Shown piece by piece: positions 51,030 to 64,000 of a DNA stretch of 64,000 bases. Both the position numbers and the translations under genes were made by a program. Each line of letters starts with the position of its first letter. Position 1 is the first letter of the stretch. The notes beneath the pieces were generated by a model that was not told the origin of the DNA, searched no databases, and was given only the letters and a program-made list of their open reading frames with translations. The DNA lies in contig OX597828.1 in the NCBI GenBank assembly GCA_951406725.2, positions 60,884,001 through 60,948,000 on the forward strand, written 5' to 3'. Origin of the DNA: Octopus vulgaris. Lineage: Eukaryota.

Positions 51030-52020
51030 ATTACAGGCGGAAAACCCTACTTGAAGTGATTGGTAAGGTATTCAGAACCACTGGTAAGATCTTTGATGTA
51101 ATATGCTCCGACGCAAAACCGAAGACTTTCCAAGCCCTTGTTCGTGAGCATTTTTTTTCTGTTGACGATGCTCACACCGAAAAAGACATACAGGCTATAG
51201 TGGATCTTTTCTCTAATACATGAATTACTTTCGGCCTCAACATCAGTTTGAAGAAGACAAAGATTGTGTTCTCTCCGTCTCCAGGCCAGCCTATATCGTT
51301 GTTTGGATGAGGTCGGCTCTTTCGTCTACTTTGGCAGCATATTCTAGAGATGGATCCCCTGACTGTGATATAAATCTGAGGGTCGAAAAAGCCAACGAAA
51401 CCTTTGGCAGGCTAGAAAATCAGATGTGGTGTAACGGAGGCATCCCCATCAAAACTAAACTTTGCATCTATGAATCATGCGTCCTAAGTGCCCTTCTGTA
51501 CTCTTCTAAGACTTGGATTACATATCGGGGTCACATCAAAGCCTTGGAAAGATTCCTTCAAGTTTACCTTAGGAGGATCTTAAACGTCAAATGGTATTCT
51601 TTAACTCCAGACACTGTAGTTCTCCGAAGAGCCAATGCACCCAGTATTGAAATGCTCCTCATACGCTATTAAATGCGTTGGGTTAGGCACCTTCCTAGAA
51701 AGGGGATGACGGGTTACCTAAGCAGGTTACTTTACGTGGTAAACGTCCGAGACATAAACCTAAGAAACGGTTTAGGGATGTCGCCAAAAACAATCTTAAC
51801 GCTCTTAGTATAGATGTTGAATATTAAGAGATGTTGGAAAATCGATCTGCGATGGTTGTACAGCAAGGGAAATACAAAGAATCGAACAATCCATTTTGAA
51901 ACGAGGAATTTATAAACAGGTTTTAACCTCAAACCCAGTTACTTCTCAACCTGAACATGTTGAGTAGAGTATATTTGTCTAAAGCCGGACTTGTTAGTCA
52001 TATGGGACAAGTCTCTTGTT
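51030..52020 (+). mobile_element. RTE-clade LINE 3' portion, decayed
   Basis: VRE..FSVDDA, RVEKANETFGRL...W...GIPIKTKLCIYESCVLSALLYSS.TW, LERF...LRRIL...W, MRWVRHL, RLPKQV. Confidence 0.85.
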
Positions 52021-52119
52021 TGTCACATATATTACAAAACTTGCAAAAGTGAAGCCGGCCTTTACGCAATCGTAGAACTAGCCTTTTTCTGCAAAAAAGT
52101 GGTAATCATTATGTATGTA

Positions 52120-52348
52120 CAGGGTTGGCCAAAAGTCACCTGACAGTAAATCAAAACCCATTCAATTCCAGGATTAAAACAAAAAATTATTTTATATGAG
52201 ATTTCGCTAATGTTGAAAAAACAAAACGGTGATTTTAATTCACAGCATTCAATTATTAAACATTCATAATTGGAATGAATATATAAAATTGAATATTAAG
52301 TATTTATGAAATTACGATTTACTGTCGGTAGACTTTTGGCCAACTCTG
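52120..52348. mobile_element. Tc1/mariner MITE
   Basis: ta|cagggttggccaaaagtcacc.gacagtaaatc ... gatttactgtcggt.gacttttggccaactctg; TIRs about 33 bp. Confidence 0.85.
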
Positions 52349-52975
52349 TCTGTCTGTCTGTCTGTCTGTATGTATGCATGTATGCATGCATGTATGTATG
52401 CATGCATGCATGTATGTATGTATAAGGCTACTAATGAAGGGAAATAATATGACTAAGACCACCACGGATTGTTTACGCTGTAATTATGTTTGGGCTAATA
52501 GTGCTAATAGTTTGTAGCTCATTAACAGGGTTTATCTTTTGTGACAATAAAAAGAGAGATAAGTTTTTTTTAGTGGATACCGCCAGCTGTTGCAGTATAG
52601 CTGTTTCTCTCGGGGGCAGTTACGAACTTCAGGTGAATTTCCAGATGAAGCGAGACAGTAGGACGGAATTACTTGTGCCTACACCTTCAGACATTCAAAA
52701 GTGTATATACTGCTCAAATCTTCCTTTGAAATCATTGGTTGATATGCCGGGGTGGGGTCTCAGATGCCATAATATGGTATGAATGTGAATCAAAGATCAC
52801 AACTGAGGCAGGATAGTCTCAGTGTATTATTGGTGGGGTTTTGGATAATATTTAGATGTCTAATGTGAGGTTCCAAAAATCAATCTTATTTGAGTTGGTG
52901 TTAAGAATTATACTTAGGCCGAATATCCATGGCGTGCCCATTCATATGTCTTGAGATTGACTGGTCATTCTCTCT

Positions 52976-53012
<37 letters not shown>

Positions 53013-53039
53013 AAGAGCAATCAACCAATTAAAAATCAC

Positions 53040-53590
53040 AGACAAGCACAACAGCCGTTGAAATCAAGGGCTTGTGTGCTGGAATGTTATCCTGATGAAA
53101 CAAGACCCCCTTCGTCAGTTTTCCTGGGCGTTTGATTTTCATGGCCTTTCATAACTGCCCCAGCAAGTTGGCATAGTAACCTCCATTGATGGTGTGGCCC
53201 TTTTGAAGTTAATCTATAAATACAATGCCTTTTGCATTCCAAAAAACCTGAGGTCATCACCTTCCCTGCAGATGAAACGACGTTGGCCTTCTTTGGAGCA
53301 GGTGAGAAGGGGTGTTTCAACTGCATGGACTGCCTCATTGTCTTTTGCTGAAAGTGACGAACTCAACACTCATCCTGGCTTAAGAAACCAGCTGTATTTG
53401 CCTCAAACAGTGTCAGATTTTCCCGTGATGTGATAAGCCTGGTGCATTTTTGATCAGGTGTCAGATGTGGCACTCACAATGCAGAAATCTTCATCATGCC
53501 AAGTTCAGTGTGTAGAATATTCTCAACTCTTTCACGTGATATGCTGATAGCTTTGGCTATTTGATTTATAGTCAATTGCCTGTCATCTAA
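53040..53590 (-). mobile_element. Mariner (DD34D-like) internal fragment
   Basis: QSMQLKHPFSPAPKKANVVSSAGKVM.S.F (the PKK...SAGKVM mariner motif); upstream SISRERVENILHTELGM.KISA. Confidence 0.8.
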
Positions 53591-54789
53591 CTCCCGTACT
53601 TGAGTTATAGAGGGAGCGATTATGTGACTTTATGACCTGCTTGAATTCTCCCTCACATCACACTTCTTTATCTTTAACTGTAAGAAATCAAATGTGGTCT
53701 TAGATCTGCGAATATATACATCTGGTGTCCAATTTCTATTTCTGAAAGTAGATATTTTAATTATTTAGAACTCTTCCCTCAAATTGCATCCAAAGTTTAC
53801 ACAGCCTTTTAAATATTGGGATATATCTCGAATTTTACGGTGTTTTTCAGATGGGAGTAAGGGTAAATGTTTATGTGAGGCAAGTTCCTGATAATTTTGT
53901 AACTGGTACATTCAGCTGGATGAACTGAAGCAATTTTAATTAAATCTTGTGCCCAAATGCACAACAAAATATCTGTACTGTATTTGAACTGAAGTCCTAT
54001 AACCCAGTAACCAATCTCTCGGCTATTTCGCTTCTACCAAAGCTTGCATTGGAAATACATAAATATCATTGATTCTTATAATCTCTTCCTCTAACTTTGG
54101 AACTTTAAGAATTTATAATTCCAATTACCTCAAAAGCATAAAACACGCACTCACACACACCACCACCAGTACCATTGCTGCTGCTGCTACTACTACTACT
54201 ACTACTAGCACCACCTTCTTTCCTTTCTGCTTTCACTGACAGTCTTTATCTCTCTGTTAGCCAATATGTTTAATTTTCTTTGAAGATTTAATTTCAGTCA
54301 GTTTTCTATCGATCGTCTGGATTACTTGAAATGTAATGAGAGAACAATTTATTTTGCTCCCCACTTTCTTGTCCCATTACCCACCAATATATTCTACTAT
54401 GGCCAAAAAGACTCCAATTAAACTACTCACTTCCGACTACAAGATGATCCCCCCACCCTGCCATTATCATCATCCCCACCATAACATCAACAGCTGACAG
54501 ACCTAGTGTTACTTCCACGAACCGCAACACACTCCAACATATCAGCATTGCATCACCGCCTCCATTGCCATCCCTCGCAATAACGACCACTGATACCAAC
54601 AGGATTTAACTCGCAATGTAAGGAAAATCTAATCAGGAACTAATAACTTCTTCTTTTACATCAAAAGAAAAGCGGATACAGAATTCCTTTGATCATAACT
54701 ATCACTTATAATTGCATTGCGTGTACTCGTTTCTCTTGCAATTCTTGTTTTTGTTTTGTTATTTGGGAGATTAATACAATTGTTAAAGC

Positions 54790-54975
54790 ACTGGGCAGAT
54801 GGTTTGGTGTATTTCATCCTACTCTTTAAGTTCTAAGTTCAAATCCCGAGGTCGATTTTTGCCTTTCATCTTTTCAGACTCGTTAAAATAAAGTACCAGT
54901 TATGTTGAAGTTGATGTAAACGATAAACACCTCCGCCTACCTAAAATTACTGGCCTTGTGCCAAAATTTGAAACC
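54790..54975 (+). mobile_element. Diverged SINE family B
   Basis: ttctaagttcaaatcc.gaggtcga.tttgcctttcatc...ggccttgtgccaaaatttgaaacc. Confidence 0.65.
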
Positions 54976-55199
54976 GTCGTCATCGTCATCCTCCTTCTCC
55001 TCCTCCTGATTTGCCATTGCTTTAATATGTATACGTTGTACCGAAGTCTCAACTAGAGACGTTAAGGGACAACGAAAGTTTGCATCTAATGATACTAATT
55101 GTTGAGGTGCCTTGCAATTAAAAAAATTGATGTCTCAGTGTAAAAAATCTCTTTATAATAACAATGAATAAGTAAAATAGCATTTACACGGGAAAGGAT

Positions 55200-56770
55200 T
55201 TGCGTCATTTATCTTGAACCTGCCAGGAATTTAATTTATGTATTTGCTTCATTTAATATAATTCCAAGAGCTCCAGAAACAACAGGTAATGGTGTTGCTT
55301 TGAGATGCCACATTTTTCAGATTTCTATGTCCAAGTTCTTACATATGCTCAATTTCTCAAACATTTTTAGAGATATGTTTTTGTCAACTGCGGTTGCAAC
55401 ATCAAAAGATGTCTTTGAACATGATTTTTCACAATGATATCTGGTCGGTTAACATGAATTTTCCCACCAGTCTGAACTCTGAAATTCCAGAGGATGGTAA
55501 CTCCAGCATTCTGGAGGACTTTTTTTAGTTTATGTTCCCAGCTATTGAGAGATAGGCTGTATGTGTGGTATATTGACCAGTGTGTGTACTGAGCTGCCCT
55601 GTCATGTCTTTGCATGTACTTTGTCAGTGCTAGTCGGCGGCATCCAGAAATTATGTTCTCTGCATACGCGGCACGAAGGTTGCTGCTTTCATGCTTCAGA
55701 AATTACACTGAGAATTCCTAGTTGGGAGGCACTGATCCTGAACTGCAATGATATTCACCCCTCCTCAGTTCCCGGCTTAGACCAGAATATGCCATCCGCT
55801 GATGGGTAACGGTTTGATCTATATCAGGGTCCTTGACTGTAATCGGGGATTTTCCATGCTGTGCTTTTTGCTCCCATTTCTCATTAGCGTGTTGGTGGCT
55901 GGTTTGTTTAGCTACGTTTTATTTGTTTTACCTTTTCAGTTGGAGACACATTTCCTTCATGTACTGGGTTGTCGAGCTGCGTTTCCCGAAGGTATATTAT
56001 TGCATTTTTAGTCACTGAGTGCAACTTTTTAGTATGTTCATGTTTCAGTACCAGCTTTAACATCCAGTTGTTTGTTGTAGATAAGCAAAATACCGCATGG
56101 TATCAATTTTCAATGAGTCTAGAATTTATGATCTCCCGACTACCTTCTTTTCTCGGAAGGTGTATTCGATCTATGTCGGCTTTTGGGCAATGCATATGTT
56201 GCATTGTCAGTTGATTTTGGATTTTGACATCAACTTTCTTGATCTTATAGATGGACCAGATTAAAACATTGAAGCTGTATGTGATTACAGGCATAGCCAA
56301 TGTGTTTATGGCCTCACTTTTATTTCTGGCATTCAACTCGGTTTTCAGAATGGCTTGTACTCTACGACAGTGTTCTTTTCTTCACAGTGAGTGCTTAATT
56401 TCATTTCGGCCACAGACACCAAGATACTTATACCTGCTTTCAGATCCTAATTATTTTATTTTGGTATATCTGCCTAGGTGTAAGTTACATGTATTCGATA
56501 GTTTTCTTTTGACAAATGTAACCCTGGCGCATTTGTCAAGTTCAAATGCCACTAAATTGTTTGACTGTATTGGGCGCTTATAGTTGTTGATTATTTTCTG
56601 CTAAAAGTTTCAAGTCATCCATATAGAGAAGATGGATTTTCCATACACCTTGTATCCATAATTGTTTCTTTCATCTAAGAGTTTACCTAAGAGAAAGTGT
56701 ACTGAACAGAATAATAGAGAAGATAATGAATCGCCCCGGAAGAGTCCACGACAAATATTCACTTTTCCTT
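55200..56770 (-). mobile_element. R4/Dong-like RLE LINE fragment (RT to RLE)
   Basis: RGLFRGDSLS, HLLYMDDLKL, FELDKCA, YKYLG, LNARNKSEAINTLAMPVITYSF, HCPKADIDRIHLPRKEGSR, RHDRAAQY.HW, ILWNF.VQT...VNRPDIIV. Confidence 0.85.
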
Positions 56771-56789
56771 GCACCCGTGTTGAGAATTA

Positions 56790-58260
56790 ATCTTCTTCGT
56801 TTTTCTTCTCTTTCAGTTTTGTTTCCATTTCTTGCTGAGTATCTTCCTGACACTTAGGGCAAAGAAACTCACTGTATACATTGACAGGCCATTAAATTAA
56901 ACATAGATTGTTCATTTTCAAAATAAAATGAAGGTATGTAGAAAAGAAATACATTCGTGGCAATCGTTCTCACAGCGACAATACTCTTCTCAATACGTGT
57001 GACATACCAGTTAAAACAATATTTTATACTTATTGCAGAAATGGTAATCCAGGAATCATATTCAAATAATTTTCAGTTTCTTATTTTATCATTCCAATTG
57101 CTCCTACAATCATTTGTATTATAACCGCCTTGAGATGTCACATTTTTTGATTTCAATGAGAAAATCTTTATATTGTCTGAGCTTGTCAAATTCTTTTTCC
57201 ACGATATTATGATCAGTCAATAAACAAGCTTTATTGTTTTGGTCTTTCACAACAATATCCAGTTTATTAGCTTTGATGGTTCAATCAGTATGTACTGGAA
57301 AGTTCCAAAGAATTGTTACATTTTCTCCCTCAGTTACAGCCTCAGGGTGGTGCTTATACCACTTGTCGATAGTTTTGATTTCATAATGCCAATGTATTAA
57401 CCAGTGTAGATATTGACCAACTCTGACATGACTTGATTTATGCTCTTCTGGTGCTAAAACTTTACAATCAGAGATTAAGTGGTCCACTATTTCAATGTCA
57501 TCATTGGAGAATCAGCACTTTGGATCCACTCCATTTTTCATCACATTGGCTTGGTAGTTATGGGTCAATAAATGGGTGTGCTTCTGGTCTACATCAGCTT
57601 GTTTGCCATGCAGACGTTTCCGTTCCTACCTATCATACGCCCTTTTCCTTGCCAATGATTTCACCTTTTTTGCAACAATTGCTGCACTTCCCTCAGGCTG
57701 TTCAGCTTGGGTATCATGCATCTTAAACAATAGCACATTTTTTGGTCTTCTTTACGACAGAACGAAGCTTCTTATGCCTCTTGTTTTAATATCTTGATAT
57801 TTGGCCAGTTAATTGTGGTGGTTTTGTAAGAGATTTCAAGCTGGATCAAGCTTTGACCTCCTAGGGCTCTGAGAAGGTGAAGGCGAAGTCAGAAGCTTAT
57901 GTATTTTTCTGTTAATTTTCTTTACTTCAACACATTGAAGTTATAAGTAACAAGTAACAAGTGGAACTGCTAAGAAATTTATGGCTAACACCTCGCTATG
58001 TACATTTAGCTTAGATTTTAGAACTGCTCGAACTCTCCTTTAACATTCCTTCCTGATCTTCTCTTTCATGTCTGCATGATGAATGCCAAAGCCTTCATTT
58101 ATTTTTTGGTGTATATAGGTTTGTTCCTGCTCAAGTTATTTTATCCCTGTGTCAACATTTAACACGGCTGGAACATTTATCTAGACCAAACTCCATCCTG
58201 ATGTCATCACTGAATGTTTTCACAGTGTGTAATAGGCCTTCAACTCATCATTGTCTTCGT
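56790..58260 (-). mobile_element. Second R4/Dong-like LINE fragment, same family as 5050-6635
   Basis: DHLISDCKVLAPEEH..HVRVGQYLHW, ENVTILWNFPVHTD, MEFGLDKC. The 3' UTR aligns with 5050-5290. Confidence 0.85.
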
Positions 58261-58725
58261 CATAGAATTGTAGTTCATACATATAAAATAGATCGCCTAT
58301 TTTCTAATTGCCAGTTTAGACTAACGAAAACTATGACACCAACAAGAACAATATCAACAACAGAATACCCCAGCACCAACACAACACTACATAACATGCC
58401 TCTCCTAACTGAAGATAACTCCCGATATGTTGTGCGATGAAGGTGACCAGGAAGAAGAATGGAAAACTGTTCTCGTAAGAAGAGAAAAAGAAAGTAAAAA
58501 CTAAATTTATCCACACAAAAAGCTCGCAGGAGGAAACTAAAAGCAACTCATTCTGCAGCAATACCAACCCTACCAGAGACATCAACATCATCACATACAC
58601 CACCATTACCACAACAAATGCAACCAAATTCACACTCAAACCAATAACCAGAATATCTGCAAATGAAACAAAAGAAACACATTGGTAGACACAATAAACA
58701 ATTCATTGAATGTCTACATCAATAG

Positions 58726-59880
58726 ACAGGCTGCGGATGGTATTCGTTCACATGATGACTGTCTGAGAAAAATAAAACTTTTATTTTTTGAGATACATTC
58801 GTCAAATTTGGGTCAGTTTGTATTCATGACGTGTTCTGTCAGTCTCACTCGATGAACCCACTTTTGGCCTCGATGACAGCCTCCAGGCGACCTCGGAACT
58901 GGCCACAGGCTTTCGTCACTATCTTCCGTTTCAGGCTCCTGAAATCCCGGGTAATCTTGGCTCTCACTTCATCCTTAGTGCTGCAGCTGGATTTGTTGGT
59001 CTCTTGTTCCACCACACCCCACACAAATAGGTCAATGGGGTTATAGTCAGGCGAGTTGGGAGGTCAAATGTTAGGAAGTGTGATTGAAGAAATTCTCCGA
59101 CAGCCAGGCCAGGATCTTCCGGCTGGTGTGGCAGGGCACAGTCTTGCTGCCACACGTATGGCCTCCCTGCAGCTACCTGGTCAATCCAGGGTTTCACTAC
59201 CTCACTCAGAACACGGATGTTGTCGTCTGTGTTCAGCCTCAGACTCTCAGGAAAGAAGTGGGGTGGCATGATGTCACCTTCACTGCACCAAAGACCATGG
59301 TTATCACTAGAAATTTCGTCTACATGGCTCTAGACACAACCTTGGGTGAGACAGCAAGCCACCTGTTCTGGGAATTGATCTTCTGGTCTTGGCAGAAATT
59401 CTTCTCATCGAAGAACCACAGCATGTTTGGCTCAAGTGTGTGTTTCAATTTGTTGATCAGCTTCCTGGTGTGCTTCAGTCATTTTTCCTGCATTGCCGTG
59501 GACAGAAATTGTCCCTTCCTCATCTGATATGAAAAGTAGCTAATGTCCTCGTATCACCAGGTTGATAAATTTTTCATCCACATCTTTCTCTCATGCAAAT
59601 GCCATGCATTGACTTACTGGGATCATTGTTGGTGGATCTCCTATATTTCAGTGATGAATTCTGGCATTCTGATGGCGTCAGATCATTGATCATGGGCTTT
59701 CCTCTCTGCTGTTGCTGTCATCATGTGAACGAATCTTCCAGTTCCTTTCTGACCTTTTCCACCATTCTTCTGCAGACATTCAGGAAGTCAAAAATCTCTT
59801 TGTTTGTACTTCCAGCACAGATTCCAAGGAGGACTCCATGCCTCTTCCATAAATTAGAGTGGGATCAAATTCTACCAACA
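58726..59880 (-). mobile_element. Tc1/mariner (maT/DD37D-like) remnant
   Basis: WFFDEKNFCQDQKIN.QN.RWL, MVFGAV, MPPHFF..LRLNTD..I.VL..VVKPWI..VAAGRPYVWQQD.A.PH, PPNSPDYNPID.FVWG. Confidence 0.85.
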
Positions 59881-60269
59881 AAAAAAAAAATATAATAAGG
59901 CAAAAATAGTTATTGTTTTTAAGAAGAAAAAGGCCGACAATGAAAGTAAATAAAATATGCATAGAATTTAAAATTAGCAGTTGAAAATTGCAAATGAATA
60001 CAGTCCGTATCTTGTATAAACATTAAGCACAATGTCTATATGACACCGCCACATGACATATCAGCTCACATTCAAATTCTAAAAACACATCAACAAATAT
60101 ACAACATGCTAACGACAAAACATCCCAAGCGAATGGGAGATTTCTGGGGAATATGAACAAAAGAATAGACAAAGAACTCCTTATGAAAATGCCCACAACT
60201 AGCCAGAAGAACAGAGCAATGGTCTTTCATCATGTATAAAGTAAGTGATGTTTCCCATTGAACATGGCC

Positions 60270-61680
60270 TAACTCAAACTAGGCAGGTCTGAATGAACAT
60301 GAACTGGGGGTCACCTTTCAAGCAAGGCCCCCTGCTCATCAATGTCTGATTGCTTGATACAGATGTAGTGGCAATCACTGAGACCAGAGATTCCAAGGCA
60401 CAAGCCTTTGCAACCATTTTTGATGGCCATGAGGTGGACACATCTCTATGCATGCCAAGAATGGGAGGCAGAGTCACTGTGCCGTTTTGGAATGGTCTGC
60501 ATCTCACAATACAGGTCATCTTCCTGGACTCAAAAAGGTAAATTGGTTGTGCTGGGCATGACCAGCAGCAAAAGCCATACCTTCAGACTAGTAGCCATTT
60601 ATACCCTGACTGGGTTGGAGTGGCCATATTTCTTCAGAAGTAGGAGGCCTTCTTAGGAACACCCTGTTTTTTAGTGCTAGTAGGCAATTGGAATGGTATC
60701 TTGGTTGCACACAAAGACTGTGTGGGACTAGCTGACACGAGAGGGGTGCAAAAACCTTGTAAAACTGTTTAGATGTTTCCAATTATCTGACATGTACTGA
60801 CTAGATTTCCTAAAAGTTCCCGTGTGGACATGGACAAACAGCATTAGGTCATCCAGATCACATCTATATAGAATATTCTGTAGACTTGCAGATAGGGATA
60901 GCATAGGTTGTCCATAATTTAAAATTAGCCACAGACTACAAATTAGTGATGTGTACAGTTGACCCAGATAGGTTTCATATGCAGGAACCCAGTTACTGGA
61001 AGCTGAATATATTGCTTTCAGCATATCAAACTAACAGAAGCAGGATTAGTGAATTAGTTAAGCAGGTGTTAATGAAGGTAATTGTCAACAACAAATGGTC
61101 GTATACCCCACAAAAAAAGAGGCATTTATGAAAATCATGTGCTAGCGGCAAGATTAACCTCGACCAACACTTCAATATAAAGCATGAAAGATGCATTGTC
61201 AGAGTTAATACACATGCTCTAAGATATGAGGGAACAAAAACCACTTGATGGGTACTTGTTACTCAAACCCAAATAGATGAATATGGCTTTTCAGCAGCAT
61301 TTCACTTGACTGTTTGGGACAAGTAGTGCCTACCTCAATGGTCTGCTGCACCTCTCAGTGAGAAAAGCATAGCATTGTGAAAAGTTGATAAGATGCCAGA
61401 AATGCAACAAGTGATGGCTGGCTGCATGACAGGCAAGTTATCTGGTTTGGACAATATACCTTATAAGTTTTACTTTTACATGCTGGACTTTTTTGGAGGC
61501 AAAATGTTTATTGCAACTGGCAGCAAAACAACAGAATTATCAATTCTGTGAGTTGAGGAGTGGTGGCACTGCTAAGAAAGAACTTAAACAAAGGGAATCA
61601 CATTAATAATTTTTGGCCCATAATCTGCTAAACACAAGATTCTAAATTTTGGCTATGGTGTTGGCAAAGTGGTGCTTGTC
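60270..61680 (+). mobile_element. L1/Tx1-like ORF2 remnant: APE endonuclease and start of RT
   Basis: DVVAITET, GK.VVL, FRLVAIY, LVLVGNWN, WTWTN, PSYWKLN, GKLSGLDNIPYKFY, NFWPI; many frameshifts. Confidence 0.75.
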
Positions 61681-62797
61681 GTTTAATTAGGCAGCCCCTT
61701 ATTATAAGAGTACCTTGGCTGACTGTGGCTTTAAAGTGAAGATAACTTACACTCTGGCCCAAACAAGGACCTAGTCAAAAAATAGACCTTGGAAAGTTCA
61801 CTTCTTCCTCCTTGATTGTTAGGAATAAGGTAGGTAAAATAATTTGTAGCCTTAATAGATAAAAAAATTTCCTTAATAACCAGAGATATAAGAAAATTTT
61901 CAAAAAACATTCTATGTCAGTTTCCTATAGCTGCTGCCCTAATATGGAAATATTTCATGTAAATGACATGAGACACCTAACCCTAGCTGCAAATGTAGGA
62001 ACCCAGATACTTGCCCACTGGACTAGGCATGTATGGTTAGCTCAGTCATCTTCAAAGCCAGGGTCACCCCTTGTCTACAAAAAAACCCCCAAAAAAACAC
62101 GAGAAAAAAATGTATTGGACTGTGTGAAAGTGATTTCAATAAGAGATAGGCCAACTTCCAGTATTCTTTTCAGCAGATAGACAAGAAAAACACAAAGCTA
62201 GCAAAGGGACCCGAAAGATAGCAATATATCATACACCATCAAACTGAGCATCAAAGACAACTTGACTGTACGTCAATGGTTTGAAAAAGTGCAGAGTTTG
62301 TATAGTTGACAGAATATACACCCTTATTAGAACTGCACCAATCTTCTAAACACAAAATCAGAAATTTTTATACGATAAAAATATTTCAAGATTCTGTTAT
62401 TGAAAAAGACCATGCCTCCCTCTACTGCAATAGAAATATAGTTGAACACACTTTAGCCTTTGCCCCATAAATTAATCCAACCAGTTATATTGCATAATAC
62501 TTAACATTGACAATATTCTTCAGCTAATGGATGGGAAGGACACAACTCTTATCCCTTTTTTTTTTCCTTTCATTTGAGTTTTTAGTCACTTTTTCTCAGA
62601 GTAATCAAGTTCTTTTTTAATATGAATGATTGCTGGATCATGCACGATACATTACAATACAATCCTGTTTAATTACTGCACTGAGTATGAAACTTTAACA
62701 GTTCAAATCACACACACACACCCACATATATATATATCATCTAACTGTTATACAAGTGCATCTTCTCCCTAACTTATGGTCTCTTTGATGACTCAAG

Positions 62798-62832
<35 letters not shown>

Positions 62833-62835
62833 CGT

Positions 62836-63200
62836 GATACTCCATCGTTTACAATGCTGAGGGTTCCAGTTGATCCAATCAACGGAACAGCTTGCTGGTG
62901 AAATTAACGTGCAAGTGGCTGAGCATTCCACAGACACATGTGCCCTTAATGTAGTTCTCGGGGAGATTCAGCATGACACAGAGTGTAACAAGGCTGGTCC
63001 CTTTGATAAGATGCCAGAAAGAGTGAGAGAAAGTTGTGGTGAAAGAGTACAGCTGGGTTCACCACCACCCCCTGCTGGAGCCTTGTGGAGCTTTAGGTGT
63101 TTTCGCTCAATAAACACTCACAATGCCCAGTCTTGGAATCGAAACCATGATCCAATGACCACGAATCCACTGCCTTAACCACTGGGCCATTGCACCTCCA
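62836..63200 (-). mobile_element. tRNA-derived SINE(s), family F
   Basis: Minus-strand head ggaggtgcaatggcccagtggttaaggcag...ggtttcgattcc. Confidence 0.65.
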
Positions 63201-63219
63201 CAAATAAATATATTTTTAC

Positions 63220-63740
63220 TTTTTTTTTTAACCTGTTTCATTTGACTGCGGCCATGCTGGAGCACTGCCTCCAGTTGAGCAAATCGACCCCAGGACTCAT
63301 TCTCTGTAAGCCCAGCACTTATTCCATCGGTCTCTTTTGCCGAACCGCTAAGTGATGGGGACGTAAACACACCAGCATCAGTTGTCAAGCAATGCTAGGG
63401 GGTCAAATACATACACACACATATATACATATCATCATCATCATCGTTTAACGTCCGTTTTCCGCGCTAGCACGGGTTGGACGGTTTCGACCGGGGTCTG
63501 GGGAGCCAGGGGCTGCCCCAGGCTCCAGTCTGGTCTGGCAGTGTTTCTACAGCTGGATGCCCTTCCTAACGCCAACCACTCCGCGAGTGTAGTGGGTGCT
63601 TTTTACGTGCCACCTGCACAGGTGCCAGAGGGGTCTGGCATCGGCCACGGTCAGTTGGTGCTTTTTATGTGCCACCTGCACAGAAGCCAGTCGGGGCGGT
63701 GCTGGCATCGGCCACGTTCGGATGGTGCTTTTTATGTGGG
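63220..63740 (-). mobile_element. SINE family A 3' half (63220-63430) plus a (TGA)n-tailed SINE/RTE-tail family (63432-63740; related copy 28088-28220)
   Basis: tcatcatcatc.tttaacgtccgtt.tcc..gct.gca.gggttggacggttt.gacc is shared by both loci. Confidence 0.7.
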
Positions 63741-64000
63741 GGGAGGGTGCAGAAATATAGGGGAGCACCAGTGGGGAGGGGTGTTCGGAGAAACGATGAC
63801 AGGTTCTAGACAAGTAGAACGTAGGATATCACGAGAGGGGTAATGCATGGTGAAATAGCGTATTGAAGAGGGGGGTTCGAAGAGTAGACACCTATAATGG
63901 TGGTGGGAGAAGCGACATCCGGTATAGATGGAGCAAAAATGCTCTTAGCAATGGAAGGGGGGAAAGGAAGAGGGAGGAGGGCAGACAATGTAAAAGAGGG

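Noticed and set aside
52486-52782. FLVDTA retropepsin-like motif
   Set aside because: Too short, DTG is altered, and there is no adjacent Gag, RT or LTR.

Overview
Repeat-rich, AT-rich animal genomic DNA. The SINE families, microsatellite load and LINE content look cephalopod (Octopus-like); this is inferred from recognising the repeats, not from a search. The only host coding sequence I can support is the last coding exon of a Wnt16-type gene (+, 11352-11816). The rest is microsatellites and decayed mobile elements: tRNA-derived SINEs, R4/Dong-like, RTE and L1/Tx1 LINEs, Penelope-like elements (PLEs), Tc1/mariner, Mutator, hAT, Helitron-like elements and MITEs. The main unexpected signal is at least six hand-folded minimal type I hammerhead ribozyme (HHR) motifs in short non-coding elements that mostly sit in or next to (TA)n/(CA)n tracts. 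They share a palindromic stem III, often have a much extended stem II, and show recurring non-canonical cores (one compensatory U3-A8; U10.1.U11.1 three times). Several sit inside long inverted repeats, and one lies about 1 kb downstream of the Wnt16 stop on the sense strand. Coordinates of decayed elements are approximate, structures were folded by eye, and activity is untested.
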